From Eledone cirrhosa (lineage: Eukaryota), in the NCBI GenBank assembly GCA_964016885.1, contig OZ024743.1:232004001-232068000 (forward strand): a stretch of DNA of 64,000 nucleotides, read 5' to 3'. The position numbers and the translations under genes were made by a program. The notes beneath the pieces were generated by a model. The model had not been told where the DNA came from, did not search any database, and was given only the letters and a program-made list of their open reading frames with translations. Below, piece after piece: positions 25,853 to 37,990 of this stretch. The first letter of the stretch is position 1. Every line of letters starts with the position of its first letter.

Positions 25853-25855
<3 letters not shown>
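25450..25855. mobile_element. Fold-back element with two inverted HHR copies in (TA)n
   Basis: HHR on the minus strand at 25604-25654 and a mutated plus-strand copy at 25759-25813. Confidence 0.75.
25604..25654 (-). ncRNA. Type I minimal HHR, canonical core
   Basis: tgc-CTGAAGA-ggt-c-acagcca-atga-tggctgt-c-acc-GAAA-tatat-ATA-gca. Confidence 0.82.
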
Positions 25856-25920
<65 letters not shown>

Positions 25921-25924
<4 letters not shown>

Positions 25925-26070
25925 CGAGGGAAATGTGGTAAGGAAACAGGTGGACCATAACGCACCAGAATACTCGATACTTAGGGTAGTAGAGTGGGTA
26001 GTAAGAAATGAGTCAGACCTACGTGTCGAATCGGCCGGAGCTCAGACGTCGGGGTCCTGACTCTTTTCCT
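25921..26070. mobile_element. Short fold-back element, family A (ataacgaaggaaatgtggtaagg...)
   Basis: Seven copies in the window, each bounded by (TA)n or joined to another element in (TA)n. Confidence 0.8.
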
Positions 26071-26093
26071 ATATATATATATATATATATATA

Positions 26094-27343
26094 TTGCAAG
26101 GTTTTTGAAATCGTGCGTCGAAACAAATATTGTTATACTTGGGGAGGATCATATTATTGTAATGTTTCCAGAAATAATAGCAGAACACACTCACTGTTTG
26201 GTTTGGGCTGGTTTTCGCTTCTGTATGTTTTATATCTCCATAGTTAATTTATTTCTCAATCAATGTTTATCATTGAATGACCAGCGGTTAAAAATACGGA
26301 AATAATTATATATAGTCAATCAATGTTCTTTCGTCGCACATCTGCAACATCATCAGTGGTACTATTATGTTTCCGCCCATTGTATTGTTTTGTATTGTAA
26401 TGTCTACGCCATTTTTATTTGAATTTATTTATTTATATATTCTTGTCTCTGTCTCTGGGTATGTGTATAATGTTTGGTGTGTGTGTTCGCGTTTGAGTGT
26501 GTGTTTTTGTTTTTGTACTCTAACTGTGTTCACTAGTGCTTGTTTATATGTGTTTGTTGCTGTTGTACTTGTGTACATATTTACTTATTTATTTATTGAT
26601 TAATATTTCCCTTATGTCAGTATTGTTTGTTTGGGTATGGTTGTTGTTGTTATTCCCTTCGTTCGTTCTGTTCAACTTTGGTCTTCTTAGTTCTATCTTA
26701 GTTGCTTCTCTGATTTGCTTATCTGTTAAGTCATTAGTTTGCTTAGATATTATTTTATTTCCATGTTGTCTATATTACCGCCATGTCTTTGTCTGGCGTG
26801 TTCGTATAATACTGAACGTTTTTTTTTTGTCCTTTTAGTTCCCCCCAGTGTTGGTTTATTCTTTTTCCTATGCTTCGAGCTGTCTCACCTATGTATGTCG
26901 TTGTCATGTTCCTGCAGGTACCTTCTGTACATCGTATCCTATAGACTACATTTCTAGTTTACAGTTTATCTGGGGGTTCATTTTACATATAACACATTTC
27001 ATATTTGTACAGTGAGTTTTCTTAAAGGGGTATGTCTTGCTGATCAGGGATTTTATGGTAGTTTCTGGTTTTTCTACCACTTTAATTTTTAAATGGGTCT
27101 TTCTTAGGGCCTTTCTACATTGGTTAGTTAGTTTCCCTCCAGGGGTAGCATCCAAGAAAATAAAAATCTGGTATCCCTTATTGTCGTACCATCAAGGGGC
27201 TTTCACTATCTTATGTTTAGTCCTATCTAAGCTATTCCATGATGTGCTCTTGTATAATGGAACATTCCTTTCTATGAGGGTCCTTTCTATACTCTGATTC
27301 TGTCTCTTTGGTTGTAGCTAGAGAACTGCATGCGATTGATGAA

Positions 27344-27345
<2 letters not shown>
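26094..27345 (-). mobile_element. PLE 3' remnant (possibly Naiad-like): linker, Cys motif, GIY-YIG and 3' terminus with HHR
   Basis: FLDATPGGKL...IKVVEK...CTNMKCVICK...NCK, then a frameshift into NVVYRIRC...CRNMTTTYIGETARSIGKRINQH. (TA)n flanks. Confidence 0.82.
26320..26359 (-). ncRNA. HHR-like motif in the sense 3' terminus of the PLE
   Basis: cca-CTGATGA-t-gttgca-gatg-tgcgac-GAAA-gaac. Stem II covaries among three copies, while stems I and III are weak. Confidence 0.55.
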
Positions 27346-27434
<89 letters not shown>

Positions 27435-27472
27435 TATATATATACACATATATACATATATATATATATAAT

Positions 27473-28101
27473 AATAAATGTAATCTGAGTTTTTTAATAT
27501 TAATAACAATATTCGATTCGTTTGCAATAATGTAAACAAGACTCATTTTTAAAGTCATGTCAGTAGAATGAGCCCCCTCCCCCTTCTTGCTCTTGTGTTG
27601 GCATGTAAACTAATGTTTCAGGGTATTAACCTTTATCAGTACAGTTCACTGTTAACTTCCCAACTGTCAGAGCTAGTGAAAATGTATATTTTCTAAAATA
27701 TAAAGTGACTGATAGTCCTGATTTGCATATTAGCAGACTGGATGATCAGTCAGATCTGCATATTAGCAGAACCACTGATCAGCCAGATTTGCATATCAGC
27801 AGACTGGCCAGTCAGTTTCCTGCATACGAGCGATCAATGGCCGGCTTTGCCACATTCAAATAAAAAAAGAATTTCGCTCTACATGGCTGAATATAGTAAA
27901 TGTAATTTGAGTTTTTCGAATAGTAATAATAATATTCGATTCGTTTGCAATTATGCGGAAAAGTCTCATTTTTAAAGCCATGTCAGTAGAATGAGCCCCT
28001 CATTATTGCTCTTGTGTTGGCATCTAAACAGAACTGCAGTCACTAATGTTTCCGGGTATTACCCTTCATCAGTACAGATCACTGTACTGATGAAGGGTAA
28101 T
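27473..28101 (-). mobile_element. Tandem ~420-bp unit element with two degenerate HHRs and a terminal fold-back
   Basis: 27473-27650 is repeated at ~27895-28085. HHR-like motifs at 27604-27648 and 28031-28077. 20-bp perfect inverted repeat 28058-28077/28082-28101. A related copy is at ~42915-43100. Confidence 0.7.
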
Positions 28102-28646
28102 TTTATATATATATATTTATATATATATATATATCATTGTCCCATGCTGTATTGTCCTTTATCTTACCATTGGACAACTTCGGTGGTGTAGGGAGGGGAG
28201 ACTGGAATACATATTCATACATGTGCAAATATGTCAAGCATTTAACTAATTATATATATATTCATGGTGATGTATTGTAAGATTTATTGGTCAATTTTTA
28301 TTTTGCATATATATATATGTGTGCGCGCGCGCGCGTTTGTGTGTGTAGGTGTGTGTGCGTGTGAGTGTATGTTGGTGTGCGTACCAATTAATGTATATTT
28401 AAAGATCGTGAATGTATATATGTATATAAAGAGCGCAAACTGAAAAAAAAATATGTGGATCAAGGAAAGTATAGATGAGACTATCACATTAATAAAGCAT
28501 GTGATAGGCTCCTGTGTTCTAAAATATTAATGCTCACTTTAATGTATTCTAATATTTTCTCTGTGATATAAAATAATTACACAACTACTCTATGATCTGT
28601 TTTATTTTATTTCTTCGACTGCAAAGATACTTATGTGTATATATTA

Positions 28647-29034
28647 GGGCGGTGGATTTGCAGTACGGTAGAGGGTCTGACGCCATGCTTTGCAGCAAAG
28701 AGTTACGGCCCTTTATGGTCTGAGTTCAAATCCCGCCGAGGTTAAGTTTGCCTTTCATCCTTACGGGGTCGATAAAATAAAGTACCAGTAATACACTGGG
28801 ATAATTGCTGGCCTTGAGTCTAAAGTAGAAACAATTATATATATATACAGGCGGTGGATAGGCAGTATCGGTAGAGGATAGGACGCCATGCTTTGACGCA
28901 TAGAGTTACGGCCCTTGCCATTCTGAGTTCAAATCCCGCCGAGGTTAAGTTTGCCTTTCATCCTTACGGGGTCGATAAAATAAAGTACCAGTAATGCACT
29001 GGGTACTTGCTGGTCTTGTGCCAAAAGTAGAAAC

Positions 29035-29040
<6 letters not shown>
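28647..29040 (+). mobile_element. Two tandem full-length SINEs
   Basis: ggcggtggat...cggtagag, ctgagttcaaatcccgccgaggttaa, ...aagtagaaacaattat, each present twice. Confidence 0.92.
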
Positions 29041-29122
<82 letters not shown>

Positions 29123-29265
29123 TCAGGTTTGAGGTTCACCACTGGATAGAACTGGTCAATTCCGTATGGTCAATCTCAATGTAATAATATAGTGAGTACT
29201 CAACGTAAAGCAGTTCAAGCGTCTTTGTTTTTGTAGTTGGTGGTGCTATTACGGAGTTAAATATT

Positions 29266-29323
29266 ATAATGAAATGACAGGAGGCTGGATTTGCTTAAAT
29301 CCAGCCTCCTGTCATTTCATTAT
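29266..29323. repeat. Perfect 27-bp hairpin (fold-back end of a short element ~29120-29325)
   Basis: ataatgaaatgacaggaggctggattt-gctt-aaatccagcctcctgtcatttcattat. Confidence 0.85.
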
Positions 29324-29365
<42 letters not shown>

Positions 29366-29369
<4 letters not shown>

Positions 29370-29996
29370 ATAATAATAAATGTTAAGACTAAAATCCAAA
29401 GAGGGCTCGATAAGGATAAATATATTGGTTTTGTATACCTATGGCGAGCGTTTTCGCGTATGCTTGTGTATGCACGTATTTGGATGCGTGTATGTATTTA
29501 TTTAATTTCAATTACCTCTGTATTGTATTTTATTTACTTTATTCTTAACTCTGAAGTGGAGAATCATTCGGTTTCCTAGTTAGAATTTTAGTCTACGACT
29601 TCAGTTATACCATTTACGTGGTTTTGTTTTTGCGTGTAATTGTTCTCCCGCACCACATATGACGTATTATCTTCGTTTTTTCCGTTCATTGCCAGAGAAC
29701 GTCTCTATGAACCACCTAAGAGAACATTAGTCGAGGACTTCTTTTATACCATAAACGTGGTTCTGTCTTTGCGTGTAATTGTTTTTCACCGCTCCTACTA
29801 ATGACGTATTATATTCGTTTTTTCCCGTTCTTTGCCAGGGAACTTTTCCACAAACCAAAGTATCGTCTTCCTGTCTTCCTCCGGTTGCAACTTTTTTGAA
29901 ATATCCACTTCTGCGTTTACAGATTGACTTTGTTAGTTTCAGAAGATCCCCTTAAGGGTTAAAGCAGCGATTCTTTGCTTAAACTTTAATCTGTTA

Positions 29997-30002
<6 letters not shown>
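29366..30002. mobile_element. PLE-terminus family B copy (HHR with G12 lost, 29935-29985)
   Basis: Homologous to 30602-31310, with internal ~145-bp tandem units. Confidence 0.75.
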
Positions 30003-30062
<60 letters not shown>

Positions 30063-30220
30063 TATATGTATGTATATAATATATATATGTATATATAATA
30101 TATGTATATGTATATATATATAATATATATAAGTACATAAAATATATATATGTATATATATATATATCTAATATATATACGTATATATATATGTATGTAA
30201 GTATAATATACATATATGTG

Positions 30221-30300
<80 letters not shown>

Positions 30301-30303
<3 letters not shown>

Positions 30304-30460
30304 CGAAGGAAGGGTTGTGGTAAGGAACCAGGTGGACCATAACGCATCAGAGTACTCGAACTTTAGGCAGAGCTAAAGCCGTTTCGGTGGGTGTTTCTGG
30401 ACCAGAAATAGCCGTCGAAAAGGCTTGAGCTCTGCCGTTGGGATCCTGAACCTTTTCCTA
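30301..30460. mobile_element. Family A fold-back element
   Basis: taacgaagga...ctggaccagaaatagccgtcgaaa...ttttccta followed by (TA)n. Confidence 0.8.
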
Positions 30461-30558
30461 TATATATATATAGAGAGAGAGAGGGAGAGAGAGAGCGAGA
30501 GAGAGAGAGAGAGAGAAAGAGTGAGAGAGATAATATACATATATAATATACATATGTA

Positions 30559-30601
<43 letters not shown>

Positions 30602-30606
<5 letters not shown>

Positions 30607-31303
30607 ATAATAATAAAATTGAAGACTAAAATCCAAAGAGGGCTCGATAAGGAAAATATATATCAGATATATAAGAACCAAAGAGCAAATATTTATTAAA
30701 ATAACAGATTAAAGTTTAAGCAAAGAATCGCTGCTTTCACCCTTAACGGGATCTTCTGAAACCAACAAAGTCAATCTGTAAACGCAGAACTGGATATTTC
30801 AAAAAACGTTGCAACCGGAGGAAGACAGGAAGACGATGCTTTGGTTCGTGGTGACGTTCGCTGGCAAAGAACGGGGGAAAACGAATAATACGTCATTAAT
30901 AAAGCCTGCTATACCATTTACGTGGTTTTGTCTTTGCGTGCTATTGTTCTCCACGCTCCACATATGACTTATTATCTTCGTTTTTTCGTTCATTGCCAGA
31001 GAACGTCTCTATGCACCACTTAGAGAACATAAGTCTACGACCTCTTTTATACCATAAACGTGGTTCTGTCTTTGCGCGTAATTGTTTTTCACCGCTCCTA
31101 TTAATGACGTATTATTCGTTTTCTCCCGTTCTTTGCCAGCGAACGTCACCATAAACCAAAGCATCGTCTTCCTGTCTTCCTCCGGTTGCAACGTTTTTTG
31201 AAATATCCAGTTCTGCGTTTACAGATTGACTTTGTTAGTTTCAGAAGATCCTGTTAAGGGTGAAAGCAGCGATTCTTTGCTTAAACTTTAATCTGTTATT
31301 TTA

Positions 31304-31310
<7 letters not shown>
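30602..31310. mobile_element. Family B fold-back element (arms ~30690-30901 and ~31100-31310, ~85-nt tail)
   Basis: Arms are reverse complements, each with a variant HHR (30713-30763 minus, 31237-31287 plus). (TA)n flanks. Confidence 0.85.
31237..31287 (+). ncRNA. Type I HHR variant (core CAGAAGA, U4A)
   Basis: agttt-CAGAAGA-t-cct-gttaa-ggg-t-GAAA-gca-gcgattctt-tgc-TT-aaact. All three stems can form. Confidence 0.65.
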
Positions 31311-31352
<42 letters not shown>

Positions 31353-31356
<4 letters not shown>

Positions 31357-31700
31357 AAGTCTGGATGTCAGTGAGCATGTCCAGCTAACCTCAGTCTCCT
31401 CTGTGTCACTTTTGAGCTGACTTTTGGGATGCTCCCATACAGCTCTGAGTTTTTCATCTTCAGTGTATACTGATTAATGTTAAGAGCCATCCTCAGCATT
31501 CTCGTGTAACACCCATCCACCATCTGAGTGAGTTTCTTGGTCAGTGTCCAAGTCCCAGACCCATACAGCAGCACAGACTCCACTACAGCAATGTAAAATT
31601 CCCGAGATCCATGGACGAGTTCTCTCCAGCGGTCTCTGTCCCTCATTATCGCTGCCATGTCCTGCATCTCCAACAGACCAGTGTCTGTCCTTAGGGCATC
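31353..31700 (-). pseudogene. RTE-clade LINE C-terminal fragments
   Basis: [23 protein letters not shown]...DGCYTRMLRMALN...RRLRLAGH and LRTDTGL...MRDRDRWR. Confidence 0.85.
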
Positions 31701-31730
31701 AATATATATATATAGGTATATATATGTATG

Positions 31731-31806
<76 letters not shown>

Positions 31807-32377
31807 TGTATATGTACATACATATATGTATACAGACGTACAGTAGTATGTATATATATACATACATGCACACACATATACATATGTACGTATGTGTTTA
31901 TCGAACATTTATTATAATGTTCGGTTTATTTGTTTGTAAACAAACAAACAGCCCGAATTACACCGTACAGTGTTCGGCAACCACCGAAAACGATAAATGG
32001 AAAAGAATTAAACGAAATTTCATTTCTCACTCTTAGTACGGTTGATACTTAAATATAAGTATGCATATGTACATTTTTCAAACTTATGTGTGAATATGCA
32101 TTTGAATATGTAATTAATTGAAAAGCAACCGTTTATTTAAACGACTATGGAGAGAGAGAGAAGAGATAAGAGGAGAAGGATAAAAAATCGTACGAGAGAG
32201 AGAAGAAAGAAACAAGAGAAGATGAATAAAACTCATAAAACGTTAATTTGGGGAAAATATATTCTAAGTTTATATCTTATATAGTACGTTGTATTTACGA
32301 TTTTTAGTTGTTTAAAATTTGTTTATAATATAATATTTTCTGTTATAAGTAAATAAATAAACAAATAAATAAATACA

Positions 32378-32412
<35 letters not shown>

Positions 32413-33149
32413 ATAGATGGGTATATCATGTTATAGATAATTGTTCTAATGAGTTATGAGGGATATTGGTTTTTTATTTAATGTAAATAAATATTAAGTT
32501 AAAATAAATTAAATTAACTGAGTTAATAAGAATATTTATATTTATATATTTTAAAATAGGAAGATACGAAAAAACTCCGGTATAATTTATTTATTTATTC
32601 GTTAATCTGGCTCTCTTTAGTCAAAATAAGTATAGATGTTGAAAGATACATTTAGCCAGAAACAGTTAGTGGTTATAAATCTATTGAAAAAATAAATTTA
32701 GCCAGAATCTGTTAGTTGTTATAAATCTATTGAAAAAATACATTTAGCCAGAATCAGTTAGTGGTTATAAATCTATTGAAAAATATTGAAAAAATAGTGA
32801 AAAAATATTGAAAAATTTGAGACCATTTTTAAAAAAATAATTTATAAGAGATAACTAACATAGAATATTCGAAAATATTCTGTATGTTTATATAATTTTT
32901 AAAGAAATAAAATTTAAAGAGATAAAAATAAAGAATTAAAAATTATAAAAATTAAAATTACAATTAACATTTAAAAAAAAATAGAATTATATACGTATAT
33001 ATTTTATGAAACTTTAAGCAGTGGAATTATAGCAAATGTTATAGATATTGTGATTTAGAGATATCAATATATTAAAACCAAGTGGATGAGATTGTTATGG
33101 AAATAAGTAGAAATATTATAAGTATAATTATAATTTATATATAGTTCTG

Positions 33150-33600
33150 AATGTTGAAATCTGGCAATGTCTACAAGAATTAAATAAATTCGTTCTTAGA
33201 TTAATAGAGTTCTTACATTTAAGTATGAAAAATAATTTCCTCAACACACAATTTGCAGAATCTAGATAGAGCTGTGTTTCGGTACGCGGGTGCTCTTGAA
33301 AGTATTTCCCAGGTTAATGAATAGTCCATATTCTTGCATTTTAAGTTCTATATCAGGTTTGAAAGAGAAGTTGAAAATTTTTTATCAAATCTTCGGAAAG
33401 AGCATTTGTGGTTATTCCAGCGACTTTTAAATTCTGTAGAAGTTGCACCGACATAGTCAAATATATTATCACTGGTTTTAACTGTACATTTATAGACAAC
33501 GTTTTTATCTAAACACTTATTTTGTAAAGGACAGTTTGATTTAATTCTACAGTTACATTTTGCGGAGTTGTTGTTATTCAGAACGGTACTATTGTGTTGA
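33150..33600 (-). pseudogene. PLE GIY-YIG endonuclease (in-frame stop, not in the ORF track)
   Basis: Manual translation: KCNCRIKSNCPLQNKCLDKNVVYKCTVKTSDNIFDYVGATSTEFKSRWNNHKCSF...STSLSNLI*NLK...WEILSRAPAY...CKLCVEE. Confidence 0.87.
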
Positions 33601-33715
33601 TATTGCTAGATATTACTGCTATTTTGGTTATTTTGGTTTATTTACATTAAATACAAAACCAATATCCTTCATAACTCATTAGAACAATTATCTATAACAT
33701 GATATACTCATCTAT

Positions 33716-33746
<31 letters not shown>

Positions 33747-34092
33747 TCTACTTATAACATAAAATGTATTATAAACGAATTTTAAACAACTAAAAATCGT
33801 AAATACACGTACTATTAAGATATATACTTAGAATATATTAACATATATATACTTAGAATATATTTTCCCCAAATTAACGTTGTATGAGTTTTATTCATCT
33901 TCTCTTGTTTCTTTCTTCTCTCTCTCTCTCGTACTATTTTTATCCTTCTCCTCTTATCTCTTCTCTCTCTGTCTCTCCATAGTCGTTTAAATAAACGGTT
34001 GTTTTTTCAATTATTTTCATATTCATTTGCATATTCACACATAAGGTATGATTTTCATGAGTATGTCTCTATTTATAAAACAAACTTTGTAC

Positions 34093-34150
34093 TTTATCTG
34101 ATGAAAGCGTACCAATGTTGTCTTCGTACCCTTGAAATATATATAATAAA
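34093..34150 (+). ncRNA. Type I minimal HHR, canonical core
   Basis: tttat-CTGATGA-aag-c-gtac-caatgttgtcttc-gtac-c-ctt-GAAA-tatat-ATA-ataaa. Confidence 0.82.
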
Positions 34151-34283
34151 ATAAATATGATTTTGTAAATATAGTTTCCATTTAATATAATTGAATATTT
34201 ACTCCAGTAACTTGTCGAGTGCTCTAAATCAGTTATACACATTTATATTTGTCGGACTTTTAACAAATTAAATACCCCTTCTG

Positions 34284-34345
<62 letters not shown>

Positions 34346-34348
<3 letters not shown>

Positions 34349-34658
34349 CGAAGAAGGTGTGGTAAGGAATCAGATGGACCATAACTCACCAGAGTACTCA
34401 ATACTTAGGGTAGTAGAGTGGATAATAGGAAAACGTTTAACCCCGACGGCAGAACTCAAGCCGTTTCGACGGCTATATCTGGAGACCAGAAATAGCCAAA
34501 GCTCTGATACCATCAACACTATAAACACAGAGCTGGCATATCTAAGAACTGACTAACTGCCTGATGAGGTCATAGCCATTCAATGGCTATCATCGAAATA
34601 TATATAGCAGTAAATAAAGGATTATGAGTTCATGCAATTGACTTATGTTTCGTCACTA
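34346..34658. mobile_element. Family A copy joined to an HHR-bearing terminus of the 25450-25855 family
   Basis: Family A sequence runs to ~34498, then a different segment with an HHR at 34556. (TA)n flanks. Confidence 0.7.
34556..34611 (+). ncRNA. Type I minimal HHR, canonical core
   Basis: actgc-CTGATGA-ggt-c-atagccatt-c-aatggctat-c-atc-GAAA-tatat-ATA-gcagt. Confidence 0.88.
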
Positions 34659-34681
34659 TATATATATATATATGTGTGTGT

Positions 34682-34746
<65 letters not shown>

Positions 34747-34904
34747 TGAAGCTGCTTAAACTATGACCAAGATTATGTTAACAATTTATCAGCAATGCTA
34801 TTGAACTAAACTTGATATGGAATATTGGGGCATTTTTAAAATCAGTGAAATGTATGTTGGAACTGCTACTACTAATACTAGTATTACTAATATAACTAAT
34901 AATA

Positions 34905-35078
34905 ATGATTTCTACTAGACTAGCATTTTAGGGGGAGGGGAAAGTCGATTAAATCGACCCCGTAAGGATGAAAAGCAAAGCTTACTTCGACGCAATTTGT
35001 ATTTAGAACGTAAAGAGCCGTAACTCTAGGCTCTAAAGCATATTGTCCGACGCTCTACCGATACTACCAGTCCACGAC
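34905..35078 (-). mobile_element. SINE copy
   Basis: Reverse complement of the family head and core (gtccgacgctctaccgatact, cgaccccgtaaggatgaaa). Confidence 0.8.
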
Positions 35079-35477
35079 CCTAATAATAATAACGATGATA
35101 ACAGTAATAATGATAATGATGAATATGATGATTTCTTTATTCATCACAAAGAGTTTACATAAATTAGATAAATTAAATAAATTAAAAACAAATATAAATG
35201 GCGTAAAATTTATAATACAATGGTGGGAAACATAGTAGTACCACACATGATGTCACAGAAATGTGACGAAAGAACATTGATAGACTTTATATATATTTAT
35301 ATCTGTATTTTTAACAGTTAGGCAAATAAATTAACCATGGTGATATAAAAGATACGGATACGAAAACCAACCCAAATGAAACAGTGAGTGTGTTCTGTTA
35401 TTATTTCAGGCATTATTATTATTATATATATATATATATGCGTGTGTGTGTATATATATATATATGTCTATATATAT

Positions 35478-35673
35478 GAAAAAGTATGACCCCGACGGCA
35501 GAGCTCAAGCCGTTACGACGGCTATTTCTGGACTAGTAGTCCACAAATAGCTTTCGAAACGGCTTGAGCTCTGCCGTCGGCGTCATACTTTTTCCTATTT
35601 CCCGCTCTACTACCCTAAGTATTGAGTACTCTGGTGCGTTATGGTCCATCTGGTTCCTTACCACAATTCCTTT

Positions 35674-35677
<4 letters not shown>
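35478..35677. mobile_element. Family A fold-back element
   Basis: Palindrome centred on gactagtagtc, plus a tail. Confidence 0.82.
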
Positions 35678-35713
<36 letters not shown>

Positions 35714-36063
35714 GGGAAGTAAGGTTCTATACAAAACAGGGGATATAGTCCAGTCCACTTCTGAGCAATAAAGATGGCAAAAAAAACATACTCTAGCACT
35801 TAATTTCAAACCTTTAATTTTTAGTTTTAAATTCCTATTAATTCTTTTTAATTGTAATAATTGATAATTGATAAGATGAATTTTAATAATACATCGAAAC
35901 TGGTAATACTTTATATACTTTATATACATTATAGAACCTTTCTTTTTTTAAAGAATTGTCCCTCTTATTTTTTTCAATAATGTCAATTTGACGAATGAAA
36001 GAAAAGGAAAAAAACAAAAACTAACTAAAATATAATTTCCGTGCTATTTCCAACTTCACCCTA

Positions 36064-36222
<159 letters not shown>

Positions 36223-36283
36223 TTATATATATATATATACAAATACATAATATATATATATACAAATGTGTATATTATATATA

Positions 36284-37127
36284 CTAGCTGATGTACCCAG
36301 CTTCGCTCGAGTAAACAGATGATAAAGAAGACAGGTAAAAGAGAAAATGACTGTATTGGATGTTTGTCTGGTTACAGTATGAGGCGAGTCCGTGGTGTCT
36401 GTGCGATACAAAAAAACAGTAAAACAAATCTTCCAGATATACCAGATTCTTCGTTGTACCATTTGTGCATAGTATATGAACAATTGTATGTGCTCCCACC
36501 TATAATAATGACCTCTAGGAGATGGTCCATCTTCTGCCTGACTGGAAAACTTGTATCATTACATAGACGTGGTTGTTCCACGTTTCTCAAAAGGATGATG
36601 GAAGTTACAATCTTTTATATAGATATAGATAATTAATATAAAAGATGATGATCAGCCAGTTCGTCTTCAACCATCGCAGCACGCCGTCGCTGCTTGGCTC
36701 CAGTGTTTCGTTGGGGTTCTTCAGCCAGCTCCTCTTCATTCATGGTGGCATGTCTTCGCCTCTGAAGTTCGGCGTTCCGATGGCGCTGTTCGGCCCGTTT
36801 TTCATCATTTCTGGCTGCACGCCGTTGCCGCTGTAGTTCACTGTTTGATAAAGTCGAATTGCTTTTACTTTCTGTGGGACGCTGCACGCACGCACACACA
36901 CATAAACATACGCACACGTACATACACACGCACACATGGTGATAGTTACAACGTTCACTTTGCCTCTCTGTTTCTTACTCGCTCCTCTCACTCCCTCATT
37001 GGCATTATGCATATTAATTTAAGTTTGGCGTAGTTGAGGTGGGCGGAGTCGTTTGAAACCTATTAACCAATGATAAAGTAGAATTATGACACACGGAATA
37101 CTGACATTGTTGAGATTAATATATAGA
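36284..37127 (-). mobile_element. Non-autonomous Helitron
   Basis: Minus strand reads A|TCtatatatt... to an imperfect hairpin (actcgagcgaagctgggt) and ...CTAG|T. Internal R/E/Q-rich repeats (36633-36850) resemble RepHel N-terminal repeats. Confidence 0.6.
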
Positions 37128-37179
37128 TTTACACATAGATATATACATATACAAATACAGAATATATTTTACATATATG

Positions 37180-37216
<37 letters not shown>

Positions 37217-37324
37217 CTGACAGTGTTTGTGTGTGTATATATAATATTTATAATGTATATATATATATATATATAAAAATGCATAACACATATATACAAA
37301 TATGTATAGTATATATATTTCTAA

Positions 37325-37413
<89 letters not shown>

Positions 37414-37693
37414 TATATATATATATATATATGAGAGAGAGTGAAAGGAAAGTTACTGAAAGACAGGCATAGAAATGGAGGCGAATAACATTCAAGGCAT
37501 TTTAAAAAAGGAATAATATTGCAAATAATAAACGAAGAAGACAAAAATAATCAAAATATCAAGAAATAATTAAAACGTTGAGGTATAGTAAATTAGATAT
37601 CAATATATGTAAATGCATACACATAGTTATGTGTGAATGACTGTTCAAAAACGTTATTTGAACACAGACATACATGCACGCACATAGAAACCC

Positions 37694-37728
<35 letters not shown>

Positions 37729-37811
37729 GTGTCTGAAAAAAATATATATATATTGTTTATATATATGTAACTTTGCATCTCTCTCACTCTCTCTCACTCT
37801 CTCTCCCTCCC

Positions 37812-37855
<44 letters not shown>

Positions 37856-37859
37856 CTCT

Positions 37860-37990
37860 CTCTCGTTGATTACGGTGTTTCTCTAGTGTTACGTTTAGTA
37901 ATACAGATCTTTTTCATATTATCTGTGCCTGCATCTTTTTCACACAGGCACACATATCCTATCCCTGTCACTCTAACGCTACCACCCTCC
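37860..37990 (+). repeat. Dispersed repeat, second copy at ~44582-44730
   Basis: Shared tttctctagtgttacgttta...ttttcacacaggcacacatatcctatccctgtcactctaacgctacc. Confidence 0.7.

Larger units (their letters stand above)
32083..34290 (-). mobile_element. PLE remnant with inverted ~410-bp termini and HHR-bearing extension
   Basis: Arms 32083-32490 and 33638-34045 enclose a GIY-YIG domain. Three 48-bp tandem repeats at ~32645-32785. Confidence 0.85.

Noticed and set aside
28647-29040. Possible tRNA genes (A-box and B-box present)
   Set aside because: No cloverleaf. The boxes belong to a SINE head repeated about 20 times in the window.
32645-32785. 48-bp repeats as CRISPR or iterons
   Set aside because: Contiguous tandem duplication without unique spacers, inside a PLE.
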